Below, piece by piece: positions 37,219-51,556 of a DNA stretch of 64,000 nt (its first letter is position 1; the number at the start of each line of letters is the position of its first letter). The position numbers were made by a program, and so were the translations under genes. The stretch is from Octopus sinensis (Eukaryota), in the NCBI RefSeq assembly GCF_006345805.1, contig NC_042997.1, positions 159,278,001 to 159,342,000 of the forward strand, given 5' to 3'. The notes below the pieces were generated by a model. It was not told where the DNA came from. It ran no database searches and was given only the letters and a program-made list of their open reading frames with translations.

Positions 37219-37807
37219 CCAAGACTATATGGTTGAGATACAAATTTATAAATCCACTGTATCACAACATTTGAGAGTGTTGCACACACACACACACACA
37301 ATGAACAACCACTGGAAGAGTTTCGAAGCAGTCACTGGATCTGTTAGAAATAGCAGCCAAATCTTCCTCAATCCACACTTTACCCTCTTAGAAAAGAAAA
37401 CATGGAATAATGTAGTTCGGGATACACTATTATTGGAGGAGAAAAGAACAAAAAACAGGATAGTCATGGTTGGAAGATCAAGGTTAATATAGGGTTATGC
37501 AAAAGCAACAACAACAATCCTCATTATATGATTATGGCCAGCTGACAGCAGATAATATAGAAATACATTGTTATTTTAATGGGAGCTGAAAAATCTGATT
37601 TCCACCTTACACTCAACCATATTGTTTCCTTGGCAACAGGACAAGGTAGGATTATAGAGAGGGAAAATATATATCTTATCAAGGATAGGGAAAAAGTGCA
37701 GTGGGAGGAGGAGATTATAAATAATCTTTAATTGATAAGGATAGATAGAAACCAGGGTGATTTAATTATAAAACAGAAACATTGGTTGAGAAGAATCACA
37801 AAATATA

Positions 37808-37808
<1 letters not shown>

Positions 37809-37841
<33 letters not shown>

Positions 37842-38009
37842 GGAGAGAAAGAAAGAGAGAGAGAGAGACAATGATTATGTTGAAGAAAATGGAAATGATA
37901 TAAAATGATGATGCATATGGACATACAGGCAGATAGAGATATTTAGCCATACAAACATCTAGACATAAAAGTAGACAGGCAGGTGTGTGTATATATATAT
38001 ATCCATAAT

Positions 38010-38070
<61 letters not shown>

Positions 38071-38088
38071 ATAATTATGTATATATAT

Positions 38089-38168
<80 letters not shown>

Positions 38169-39213
38169 CAGAGAGACAGCGAGAGAGAGACAGAGACAGA
38201 CAGTGAGAGACAGAGAGAGAGAGACAGACAGACAGACAGATGAGAAGTTAGGTGTAAAAAGCAAAGAGAGAGAACAAAAAAGGATGATCAACAAAATGAT
38301 GGAAAGACAGGCAGAGAGAAGGATAGAGAGAGAGAGAAAAAGATGGACAGTAAAAGTGAAAGACAGTGAGAAACAGAGTAGGAAAAAGGAAGACAAAGTG
38401 AAAGAAAAAAATTAAGAGGAAAAATCAGTCAGAACAAGAGAAAGATCAGCTTGTAGAGAGGCTGACCAGCTGGGTGAAATCTTGACTGGCCAGCAGAGAG
38501 ACTGACTAGATGGCAGAGAGACCAACCAGCTGGCAGAGAGACTGACTTGCTAGTGGAGAGACAGAGCAACTGGCCAGGACAGAGACTGACCAGCTGGGAG
38601 AGAGAGACCAATCTGCTAGTGGAGAGACAGACTGGCCTGTCAGCAGAGACAGACTGACTGGGAGATTGACTGACTGGTTGGTGGAGAGACCAACCAGCTG
38701 GGAGACAAAGAAACTGACTGGGTGACAGACAGACAGACCAGCCAGGAGACAGACAGACAGACCAGCTGGGAGACAATCAGACCAACTCTGGGAGACAGAC
38801 AAATCAACCAGGAGACAAACAGACCAAGTGAGAGACAGACAGTTGGACTGGAAGACTGACAGACAGGCAGGCTGGAAGTAAGAAATAAACATATACTTAA
38901 TAATACACATTCAGAATATAAATGGTTAATAAATAAAAAGAAAAATTAATATGAGGATAAAAATTTCGGAGGAAACAAACATACGGTGAGATGACAGAAA
39001 GACAAAAACAGTGATGCAAGCCATTTTCATTCGAAAGCAATCTTATTTATGTAACAAACAATTTTCATTCTGACAATGGAATATAATGTAGTTGCCCAAG
39101 ACAACGATTCCATCAGAGTATAAGAGGAGGAGCCAAAAATTATATGTCTTCTCTGAATTACAGGTGTGTGTGTGTGTATGTGAAGATGTGTGTGTGTGTG
39201 TGTGAAGATGTGT

Positions 39214-39245
<32 letters not shown>

Positions 39246-39412
39246 GGAGAGAAAGAAAGAGAGAGAGAGAGACAATGATTATGTTGAAGAAAATGGAAAT
39301 GATATAAAATGATGATGCATATGGACATACAGGCAGATAGAGATATTTAGCCATACAACATCTAGACATAAAAGTAGACAGGCAGGTGTGTGTATATATA
39401 TATATCCATAAT

Positions 39413-39469
<57 letters not shown>

Positions 39470-39474
39470 ATAAT

Positions 39475-39560
<86 letters not shown>

Positions 39561-40616
39561 CAGAGAGACAGCGAGAGAGAGACAGAGACAGACAGTGAGA
39601 GACAGAGAGAGAGAGACAGACAGACAGACAGATGAGAAGTTAGGTGTAAAAAGCAAAGAGAGAGAACAAAAAAGGATGATCAACAAAATGATGGAAAGAC
39701 AGGCAGAGAGAAGGATAGAGAGAGAGAGAAAAAGATGGACAGTAAAAGTGAAAGACAGTGAGAAACAGAGTAGGAAAAAGGAAGACAAAGTGAAAGAAAA
39801 AAATTAAGAGGAAAAATCAGTCAGAACAAGAGAAAGATCAGCTTGTAGAGAGGCTGACCAGCTGGGTGAAATCTTGACTGGCCAGCAGAGAGACTGACTA
39901 GATGGCAGAGAGACCAACCAGCTGGCAGAGAGACTGACTTGCTAGTGGAGAGACAGAGCAACTGGCCAGGACAGAGACTGACCAGCTGGGAGAGAGACCA
40001 ATCTGCTAGTGGAGAGACAGACTGGCCTGTCAGCAGAGACAGACTGACTGGGAGATTGACTGACTGGTTGGTGGAGAGACCAACCAGCTGGGAGACAAAG
40101 AAACTGACTGGGTGACAGACAGACAGACCAGCCAGGAGACAGACAGACAGACCAGCTGGGAGACAATCAGACCAACTCTGGGAGACAGACAAATCAACCA
40201 GGAGACAAACAGACCAAGTGAGAGACAGACAGTTGGACTGGAAGACTGACAGACAGGCAGGCTGGAAGTAAGAAATAAACATATACTTAATAATACACAT
40301 TCAGAATATAAATGGTTAATAAATAAAAAGAAAAATTAATATGAGGATAAAAATTTCGGAGGAAACAAACATACGGTGAGATGACAGAAAGACAAAAACA
40401 GTGATGCAAGCCATTTTCATTCGAAAGCAATCTTATTTATGTAACAAACAATTTTCATTCTGACAAATGGAATATAATGTAGTTGCCCAAGACAACGATT
40501 CCATCAGAGTATAAGAGGAGGAGCCAAAAATTATATGTCTTCTCTGAATTACAGGTGTGTGTGTGTGTATGTGAAGATGTGTGTGTGTGTGTGTGAAGAT
40601 GTGTTTGTGTGTGTGT
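37809..40616 (+). repeat. ~1.4-kb tandem duplication (two near-identical units), breakpoints in (TG)n
   Basis: Anchor ACAATGATTATGTTGAAG at 37868 and 39272; anchor GCAAGCCATTTTC at 39016 and 40406; visible differences are microsatellite lengths and 1-2 nt indels. Confidence 0.95.
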
Positions 40617-41177
40617 AAGCTTATGTGGAACAAGTCTTAGGCACCTGAAAGAAAGTGTTCAAGGTCAGGACATTTTTAAGTGCTATATTTAACACATGAA
40701 AACTGAGCAGCAGTAGCAGCAGTAGCAACATTATTAGTTGCAGTTGAAACAGCAATAATAGCATCAATATCAGCAGCAGTAAAGTCTGAGAACACTTTGC
40801 CAATATGGCAGTTAAAGTAACAGTTTAAACACCAGCATTGATCTCCTAACTCAGGAGAACTTCATCCTGGAATCTAATTTCACTAGTAATTCTTCCTATT
40901 TTCTTTATCAGCTTTGGAATACTTGCACATAAGCAACAGCATGAGAGAGAGAGACAGAGAGACAGAGACAGACAGACAGACAGACAGAGGGGGGAGGAAG
41001 AAATGAGAGTGAGAGAAAGAGGAGAAAGGGACACACAATATGAAAATCAGAGATTATTAACAAGAGCCATATCAATAAAGCAGGGAAACAGCTTCTTGCA
41101 TGCATGTATGTACATGTGCATATACATATATATATACTCACATATATGCATGGTGGTAAACAGGCATTAAATGATGA

Positions 41178-41226
<49 letters not shown>

Positions 41227-41457
41227 CAGAGAGAGAGAGAACAAAGTGTACATACGCTGCTATATATATATATATATATAAAATAAAATACAAAATGGGA
41301 CAAGAACGCAAAACATCCGGAGAACTAGGTGATACAAAAAGGGACAACAAAACATCCAGATAGACGATACAAAAAAAGCACGGACGGGTCATTCGAAGCC
41401 TTTTATCTTCAGTCAAGAACCAGATCATCCTCGCAATTTCGGCTGATTATACATATA

Positions 41458-41661
41458 TTTTTACTTGTTTCAGTCAGTTGACTGTGGCCATGCTGGAGCA
41501 CCACCTTGAAAGGTTCTAGTCGAGCAAATCGACCCCAGGACTTAGTTTTTAAGCTTAGCACTTATCCTATTGGTCTCTTTCGTGGAATTGCTCAGTTACG
41601 AGAACATAAACATACCAACAGCAGTTGTCAAGTGGTGATGAGGGGACAAACACAGCCTCAA

Positions 41662-41695
<34 letters not shown>

Positions 41696-42255
41696 GACAG
41701 GATTCTTTCCATTTCTGTTTACTAAATCCACTCACAAAGCTTTGGTCAGCCCATGACTATAGTACAAGACACTTGTCCAAGGTGCCACGTAGTGGGACTG
41801 AACCCAGAACCATGTGGTTGGAAAGCTATATATGTATGTGTGCGTGTGTGTATGTATGTATATATATATATCAAACTTTTACTTGTTTCAATAATTGGAT
41901 TGCATCCATGTTGGGGCCACTGTGTTGAGGGATTTTAGTCAACTGAACAGACACCAGTACTCATTTTTTTAAGTCTAGTACTTATTCTATTAAGTATTTT
42001 TTGCTGAGCCACTAAATTATAAGGACAGCAGTAGTGGGGAACAAACACAAAAACACATACACATAGGTATATACACAGAGACACACACACATATAAATAT
42101 ACAAGAGGCATCATTTAGTTTCCACCTCCCAAATCCACTCACAAGGCTTTGGTTGACCCATATCTTCAATAGAAGACATTTGTTCAAGGTGCTACATGCT
42201 GGGACTGAACTCAGAACCATATGGTTGGGGAGAAAACCTCTTACCACACACCCAT
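41458..42255 (-). mobile_element. Two tandem antisense SINE family C copies (41458-41825 and 41875-42255)
   Basis: Each is the reverse complement of the 8896-9290 element. Confidence 0.8.
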
Positions 42256-42984
42256 AATTTAGTGGTTCAGCAAAAGAGTACCAGGGTTCAAAACAGAAAT
42301 AGAAAATTAGTACCGGGGTTGATTAGTTTGACTGAAATTCCTGAAGGTAGTGCACCGGCATGGCCAAATCTAATGACTGAAACAAAGGAAATATATATAC
42401 CAGAGCAAGCATATATGTGAAACAAGGTGGAAAAAATAGCACTTGAATACTGGAGGTAGAGTAATATGGTTTATTAATAAAGCTGCTAAGACATAACAAA
42501 AACAGTTACTCAGAGTTAAACATAACTGTTTGCCAGACAGGTTTTGTCCAACGAATGGGAAAGTGAAACTCTGAGTAACAGTTTTTGTGATGTCTTTGCA
42601 GCTTATTAATAAGGGATATATATATTGCAAATAAGAAAATGGAGAAGCACAATAGCTGGTTCATCAACTCTAGGACATTAAAATGTTAACTTATTTATTT
42701 ATTAAAATGATAATTATAATAACATACATATAGCATATAGCATATTATTCTATGCATATAAAATAAGAATACAAGCAATTATTAAAAAACATGAATATAA
42801 ATTATTAAAATCACTTACAGCTGTTTCAGCCCATAGATAAAAGCATCTCATTCTGCCTATATTAGTCAAGTGATTTGAGGTAATAGGCAGTTGAAAATGA
42901 GGTACTTATATATATCTCTAGGCCTCATCAGATATATATATATATATATCTCTGTCCTCCACAGCAGAAGTGTTAAGGCCATTG

Positions 42985-43240
42985 CCTTTGATGAAGCGGA
43001 TTAGCTTGCAAGAGTCAAGTGCCGGTGACACATAAAAAGCACTTGTGCAGTACCACATAAAAGTGCTCATGTTAAAAGCACCCAGCACACACTGTAAAGT
43101 GGTTAGCATTAGGATGTGCATCCAGTCATAGAAACCAAGCCCAAACAGACTAGAACTTTGCTGCAGCTCCCCATCTTGCCAACTCTGGTCAAACCATCCA
43201 ACTCATACCAGTATGGAAAATCGATGTAAAATGATGATGA
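42985..43240 (+). mobile_element. RTE 3'-UTR fragment
   Basis: GGTGACACATAAAAAGCAC...GCATCCAGTC...GATGATGATG. Confidence 0.7.
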
Positions 43241-44885
43241 TGATACACATGCATACACATGCACACATATTATCAGGAGCAGCATTTTACATCTGTTTTC
43301 TATGCTTCTATAGCCTACACAGGTCTTTTCCAACACAGTTATTGGGCCATCAAAAATATGATATGAAAATGACTGTTAAACAAAGGGAAATTACTGTGTG
43401 ATTGACCGTTATTAAGACAAAAGTGCTATCAGAATGACTGCTAAGTAAGGGGAGGGAGTAAAGGCAAAGTAAAAATGTTCATAGTAATTGCGTAAGCACG
43501 CATTTCCATACATACACATGCACCCCCGCACATGTGCCCTCATCCATCCTCACTTGAAACACACACATACTCACCCACACATTCGCCAAAAAATATATAC
43601 ATACCCGCATACATACTTACACACACACACGCACACAAAAAAAGGTTCATATGCACGTCTATATATGCACAAGAAAAAACAGGGCTAAAGGCAAAATACA
43701 GAAAAATGTGCATATGTACACTTTTTTTACACATTTTCCTGTATTTTGCCCTGTGACTTAGTTCAGTAAAAGAGTCTGACAGAATAAGTACCCATCTTTA
43801 AAACAATAATTACTACAGTCAGTCTGTTCAACTGAAAACCTTTCAAAGCAGGCATGGCCACAGTCAATTGACTGAATGAAGTGAAAGACAAAAGATATCT
43901 ATATCAGAAGACAAATTCATTATCCTAAAAAGAAATAGCAAAAATTTCATATTGTGTCTATAAACCAAGATAAGTTCAGTTTTTTGTTTTTCTGTTCATT
44001 CTGGGTATGGGGTATTTTATAATGTGTGATACTTTACAGTTACACATACATTGTACCATTTTGAACAATTACTAAATTGTGTGATTATAACCAAGATGAA
44101 CTATGTGAAGTTGGAAGATTCATCACTACCTTCTTGCCAGATTTGCTTCACAAAGAAAGTACTACATCTCTCTCTTTGGAATGTCTGGCAAAAACACAAC
44201 GTAAGAGTGAGCCACTTATTCAATGTGTTGCATTGTAAAATTGAACTAGGAACAATGAAACTGAAGTGAATTTCTTAGCCACAGGGCTATGTTTGCTCAA
44301 AGTGACAGCATGCAATCCAACTCATTGTAGATCTTTCTCATACAGTTTGGTATAAACACATTAATTTCCTTACATGTCATAAAATAATATTTCTATGAAT
44401 ATAATATATGTGAAATTAAATAGAAAAAAAAACATACATCTTTTGATAGAAACCTTCCATCAAAACCAAGACATTTAAGAAACAATAAAAATTGAGATAT
44501 TTGAAGAAATAATCTACTATCTGAAATTTCAATATGTATTCTATTAATAGGAAAAGAGAAAGAAGATCATATAACCTCAGTTCATTTGTTTTGATGTCTC
44601 TAGCTTAATCAACCTAATGACAGAGTAAGAATCTGCACAGAAAGTGCTTATTATTACTACTCCTACATCAAATATACGAGGATGTTTGGTGACACAAAAT
44701 TGTTGCTAATCTTCTAAAGCATCCTTTAATGATCTCTTTAGCACTGATTTTTAGATGATGTCATTTACATAGGTTGCAGAAAAATTCAAAGAAGAATGAA
44801 ATTTATTTTACTCTGCTTTAAAAATATTAGGTTTCTTGATTCCTTACTTTGTTCATATTACTTCAAATAAATGTATTTTACAAGC

Positions 44886-45115
44886 TTAACTCTTTAGCAT
44901 TCAGATTACTCTGTCAAATGTAATGCTTATATATTCATATTGATTTGAATTAATTATGCATTATCTTGTAACCTTGAGATTTCAACAATGTGATTACATA
45001 TTTTTTTCAATAATATTGTTACGTAGGTGTGAGAGGCCAAATCTGACCAGTTTACACATAAAACTGACAGAAAATTTTGGGTTGGATATGGCCAGTTCAA
45101 ATGCTACAGGGTTAA
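44886..45115 (+). mobile_element. piggyBac-type MITE
   Basis: TTAA at both ends with slightly mutated CCCTTTAGCATT/AATGCTAAAGGG termini. Confidence 0.8.
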
Positions 45116-46176
45116 GCCCTTGTAGACAGTGTTTCCATTTGTTTTTTCCAAGACGGCAGAGTAGTGATATGAAGGAAATCTGGCTGCTATTTCACAGCTT
45201 AAGCATCCACATAGAGGCACTCCATTGTTGGTTTGATTCTCATCAGTAATGTTAAATTGAAAATATGAATGGAATGTAGAGTCTTCACTTTAAGATAGCA
45301 AAGGAAAGTGATGGGGTGGTTAAGATAATGAAGAAATAACAAGTCATAGGTTTATATCTCACTACAAGCTTTAGGCATGAAAATTAATTCATCATCTACA
45401 CTAGCTTAAAACTACATTAAACTACATCATCTGCATCATTAGCCAAAACATCATCTACACTAGCTTAATTACTCTTAGCTGTCAGGAATTAGTGATGAAC
45501 TTTCCTACAAAAGTTAACTGCAACAGAGTTAATGTTCTATTGAAGAGTAAAGTTTTCTCAAATCTGTTTCATGTTACTGAAGCCAGCATTGTTATGTCCC
45601 AGTGGACAAACTCTTGTTATAATTACATGAAATCAAAGAGTTACCCCTACCCTCATCATGAGTCAACCATAGAAAAGTTACCTCTTTGTGCAACTGTTAA
45701 ATATACCTTGAAATTTAGTTTCTATGTCTTTCTGTTAAGAGATATAAAATTCCAGTCTTTTTCACCAGAGTCAGAAGTTTTATGAAATTAGAAGTTCAGT
45801 GTTGATACATTAAGTGATAAAAATTACTCATTCGTCAAAGACAAAAATGTAACTATTCGTTTTTATGATTATGATCTCTATTATATAATTTCAGTCTTCA
45901 GGTAATCACTGTTTTCTTTTTTTTTTTTCTCTCTCTCCTACTTTCTCATAGGATGGATCTTTAGACTAAGCTGCTTCCAATTTAAATTTGAACTAACAAT
46001 TCCTTAATCTATCATATTGGCATGTGCTTGTGTGATTTTTACTGCCACTTCTGAAACATTTTTGTCTTAATCCCTTTGTTAATACAGTTCTCATGAAATT
46101 ATACTCGTTTTTATTATGCTAGTGTCTGAAACAAATTATCATGAAATTTTGATGGTAAATTTTAAATTAAATCACT

Positions 46177-46404
46177 TTAACCCTTTAGCATTTAAACTGG
46201 CCATGTCCAGCCAAAATATGCTACCCATTTTATGTTCAAACTTGCCATAACAAGGATCTCAGACTTACCCTACAACACCATTCTAAAAATAAACAATCAC
46301 ATCATTGAAACCTAAAAGCTACAAGATAATGTATGATTAACTAAAAACAATGTGAATAAATAAGCAATACAGTTGACTGAATAATCTGAATGCTAAAGGG
46401 TTAA
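46177..46404 (-). mobile_element. piggyBac-type MITE with perfect termini
   Basis: TTAA-CCCTTTAGCATT ... AATGCTAAAGGG-TTAA (12-bp TIR plus TTAA). Confidence 0.9.
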
Positions 46405-46481
46405 ATGGGGAAATTTGTATCATAAAACCAAGAATAGTTCCAGGTAGGTATACATCAAAAAGATTAATTCTTAATGATACG

Positions 46482-46515
<34 letters not shown>

Positions 46516-46540
46516 ATATAATATATATATATATATTCGT

Positions 46541-46836
46541 GGAGGCACATGGCCTAGTGGTTAGAGCAGCGAAGAGGTGGTTGAGGGATTGCGGGTTCGA
46601 ATTTCAGACTGGGTGGTGTGTGTGTTTATGAGTGAAACACCTAAGCTCCATGCGGCTCCAGCAGAAGGTAATGGCGAACTTCTGACTCTTTCACCACAAC
46701 TTTCTCTCACTCTTTCCTCCTGCATCTAGCAGCTTACCTGCGACGGACCAGTGTACTGTCCAGGTGGGGAACCTATACGCCAATGAAACCGGGAAAACCA
46801 GCCCTTATGAGCCAGGCATGGCTTGAGAAGGAACAA
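46541..46836 (+). mobile_element. SINE family D
   Basis: TGGCCTAGTGGTTAG A box and GTTCGAATTTC B box; body matches 33747 and 36142. Confidence 0.85.
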
Positions 46837-46837
46837 A

Positions 46838-47808
<971 letters not shown>

Positions 47809-49381
47809 TATATATGAAAATATAATAGGATGGTCATGGACGGGACATCTTTTGACCATAGGTCTGCTGGATTTTACACTAGGGTAAACTACAACACTCA
47901 AACCAGGAATCATTTCTACAGGTTTTGCTTATGGTTCTAATTGTATATAGATTCATACTGCAATCAATTCTTTTGACAAATTTCCACCCTCACCTACCAA
48001 TGTGCCAAAGTTTGAAATCATGATCATAAATGACATAAATAGTGATTTTTAACCAAAAAAAAAGGAAATCTTAAATTTTAGGAAAAGGTATCATCAATAA
48101 AGGTCAAACCCAGGACTTGAATGGTACCAACCTCTGATGGATGAAAAGCAATGAGTGCTCTCAATGAGATTTGAGCAGATAATGTAAAAAAAAAAACCAA
48201 CAAAACAATTTGTGTGACACTAAAAATTCTGCCACTCCAGTACCCTATTATTATTTCCTGTAAGGCTATTATTTATTCTTCTGTAGCATTTCCTAAACAA
48301 TAACACTTTTGACCAGAAAATAATGTGTGCATGTGTGAGGGCAAGATAGAGAGAAAGGGAGGCCAAAGGTTAAGTAGGAGTCAAATAGTGATGGCTATTT
48401 AAAAGCCTTAGATGAAGACAAGAGAGTTAAAATTAGCTTCTATTTTTTTAAGTAAAATTTGACAGGCTTCAATCAGAAGCTGTCTTTTTGATGTGAACAA
48501 ATTATGGAGTTATCACTGCTAAAAGTTGTATCATAATGACTCAGAAAATAAAAGTTAGTTTGTTATTGTTTAATCACAGACCAACCCTGATCCAGTAAAA
48601 CTAAGATCAAAAGCATTTCAATTTTTATCATCCAATATTTCACTCAGTCATATACTATATCAAGGATTGCATTATCAACTGTGTCTTTTGTTATAACTGT
48701 AAAGAGAGATATGAGATAGATCTAGAAGGTTGGGTGACCATATACAGGCACTCACTATAAGCAGTTAGAAAACGACATTGAGTAAAATTTGTCTTCTTTT
48801 TATTTAAATTAGTAATTCTCAACTATGTTTTGCCAATGGACTCCTTTGATTCCTATTTCACTCTACTGAACCTCCATAGCCATTCAATGCTTAAGAGAAT
48901 CCTACTATCATCATCATCATTTAAGCATAGGTTGAATGGTTTGACTAGAGCTGGTCAGTCTGATTTGGCATGGTTTCTACAACTGGATGCCCTTCCTAAT
49001 GCCAACCACTCTGAGAGTGTAATATATTTCTATAACAAAATATTATTAGGAATTGTATAAATAATATTAAAAAAGATATTTTGTGTATTGTAGGATTTTT
49101 ACCAGTTTATTGTACATAAATTTAAACAACAAAATCTTATATGAACCCCCAAAGGTCATATGGAGCTCAGTTCAGAACCACTGATTTAAATGAATATTCT
49201 TAACCACTGTACCTGGCATATGTTTCATAACAGATCAAGGACAGCATTTTCAAATATGTCTTTTCTTATAACTGTAGGGAGTGGTATGAGACAGACTTGT
49301 GGATAGTGAGGCTTTGGTTAATTAAAAAACATTTTGTGGTCTTTTATCTTTTATTTAGATGAACATGGTCAACCACTGTAT

Positions 49382-51174
49382 CTAATACACTTTTATGCCA
49401 TGTATGGTTCATACGTGTATCACAAATTTTTAAGGGAAGACAAAATATTAAAAGCTTCAGTGAGTTAAATCCATTGCACTAGTGCATTGATATACCTTTT
49501 GCAGTAAAATGCAATGCATGCAACCATCTCTGTTTTAGAAAAAATTTAATTCTACCTTGTTTTTTTTTAAACAAATCCTTCAAAAACTAATCCATATGTA
49601 GTGGAAGTCAACAATCTATATGTAGTGGAACAATCTATATGTAGTGGAATCAATCTACATGTAGTGGGATCAATCTACAGGTAGTGGAAATCAACAACAG
49701 GTAGAAAGGATTTAGCTTTTTCAATACCAACCTTCCCAAGATCATTTCTTGTTCTGTGGTACAAAATTAGGTTTTAACATGTTCATATCTAACTTAGAAA
49801 ATCTTTCATCATAACTTTTAGTAGAACTTTTTATAAAGTTGTGCTCCAAATACCTCATTGGTAAGGAAAAATATTTTGCTAAATCCCTTCTAATTCATAA
49901 TTAATATCAGAATTAAATTGAAACAACTAGGCAATGTATTTTCTTAGAAATATGGAAACGATAGGGTTTCATGTGAAAAAGTTGGAAGTTAGTTATTTCT
50001 ATAAAGCTCTTAGAATTTTTGATTATTTTGAAAATTAAAACACATGGGTAGAGTGTAATCATGCTAGAAGCATGATAAGAAAATGGTTGAAGAACTCAGA
50101 TATTCATAGTAATTAAACACAGACTCAGGTTGTTATTGCTGTTGTTTAGCTCCTGATAAGCTCTGAGTGAACAGGCCTATGGTCAGAAGTGTTCCAAATG
50201 TGACCATCCAGGTCTTCTTGCAGCTATTAAATTAAGATAGTAAATTGTGATTTGAGGGAAATATAGCTGCTATTTTGAGCAGTTGAAATGACTTTAATTG
50301 GCTCAGCCTCAAAGGTAAGATTACTTAGTGATGTGCTTATTTGATTCACTCATGAAACCATGACTTGTTAGATCTGCTCTTACAGTACGTGATTGCCTGA
50401 ATTCGTCTCATTATATGCTATCAACAAAAATTGGCATACATACCAAAGTGTGAAAATTGGCACAAGTACCAAGTTGTGTGAATAGTCCGTACCTTCAGGG
50501 TTCAGTGATAAATGACAAAATGGCCAACCAGCTGTAAAATTACACATTCCTACAAAGCAAATGTGTGTGTGCATGCACACTCACATGCACACACACACAT
50601 GCACATATACACACACACACACACCAAAGATTACTAATATATAAACAAAAGCTGTAAACTATCTAAATCAAATATTTTCAACTATTCTTGGTCTGAGTAA
50701 GGTGGTAAAAGAGTTAAGGCACTCCATTAGTTTTTGAATGATTTGTTTTAAAAAGAAACAAGGTAGAACTAAAATTTTTCTAAAACAGAGATGGTTGCCT
50801 GCATCACATTTGGCTGCAAAATGTATATCAATGTGAGCTGGCAGACTCGTTAGCAAGCCGGGCGAAATGCTTTGCGGTATTTCATCTGCCGCTACGTTCT
50901 GAGTTCAAATTCCGCCGAGGTCGACTTTGCTTTTCAGCCTTTCGGGGTTGATTAAATAAGTACCAGTTATGCACTGGGGTCGATATAATCGACTTAATCC
51001 GTTTGTCTGTCCTTGTTTGTCCTCTCTGTGTTTAGCTCCTTGTGGGTAGTAAAGAAATAGGTATATCAATGCATTAGTGCAATGGATTTAACTCACTGAA
51101 GCTTTTAATATTTTGTCTTCCCTTAAAGATTTATGATACACATGTAAACCATACATGGCACAGAAGTGTATTAG
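49382..51174. repeat. ~210-bp inverted repeats (49382-49591 versus 50726-51174, right arm split by a SINE)
   Basis: The arms align by eye over their whole length once the 50834-51060 SINE and one TSD copy are removed. Confidence 0.8.
50834..51060 (+). mobile_element. SINE family A, young copy with 11-bp TSD
   Basis: GTATATCAATG at 50823-50833 and 51061-51071; CpG-rich. Confidence 0.9.
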
Positions 51175-51336
51175 TCACACCCCTAATTTAATATTAAATC
51201 TTAGTACAGATTTTTTTGTTTCATCATTTCAGCTTTGCTTCATGCAGTTAAAATCAAGTATGGAATAGTGCGACTTATATATGAATAAATAATGGTAGAT
51301 TGCTTGTGAATGAGTACTTCACAAACTTGTGTACCC

Positions 51337-51556
51337 ATAACCCATTAGCATTCAGATTATATCAAATGTAATGTTTATTTATTCACATTGCTTTCAATTA
51401 ATCATGCAGTATCTTGTAGCTTTCAGAATTTGATGATGTGATTATTTTTAGAATGACATTGTATGTAGATGTGAGAGACCAGATCTATCTTGCTTGAACA
51501 TATAGCATGTAAAATATTTAAGCCTGATATGGCCAGTTGAAACGCTAAGGGGTTAA
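51337..51556 (+). mobile_element. piggyBac-type MITE
   Basis: Same family as 46177; ends GGGGTTAA. Confidence 0.75.

Noticed and set aside
49595-49700. ATCTACA.GTAGTGGAAAT units resembling a Cas12a direct repeat
   Set aside because: The units are directly tandem with no unique spacers, there are no cas genes, and the context is eukaryotic; it is a minisatellite.
50385-50533. Minus-strand exon candidate (GWPFCHLSLNPEG...)
   Set aside because: It lies inside the inverted-repeat-bounded block, has no homology I recognise, and cannot be linked to other supported exons.
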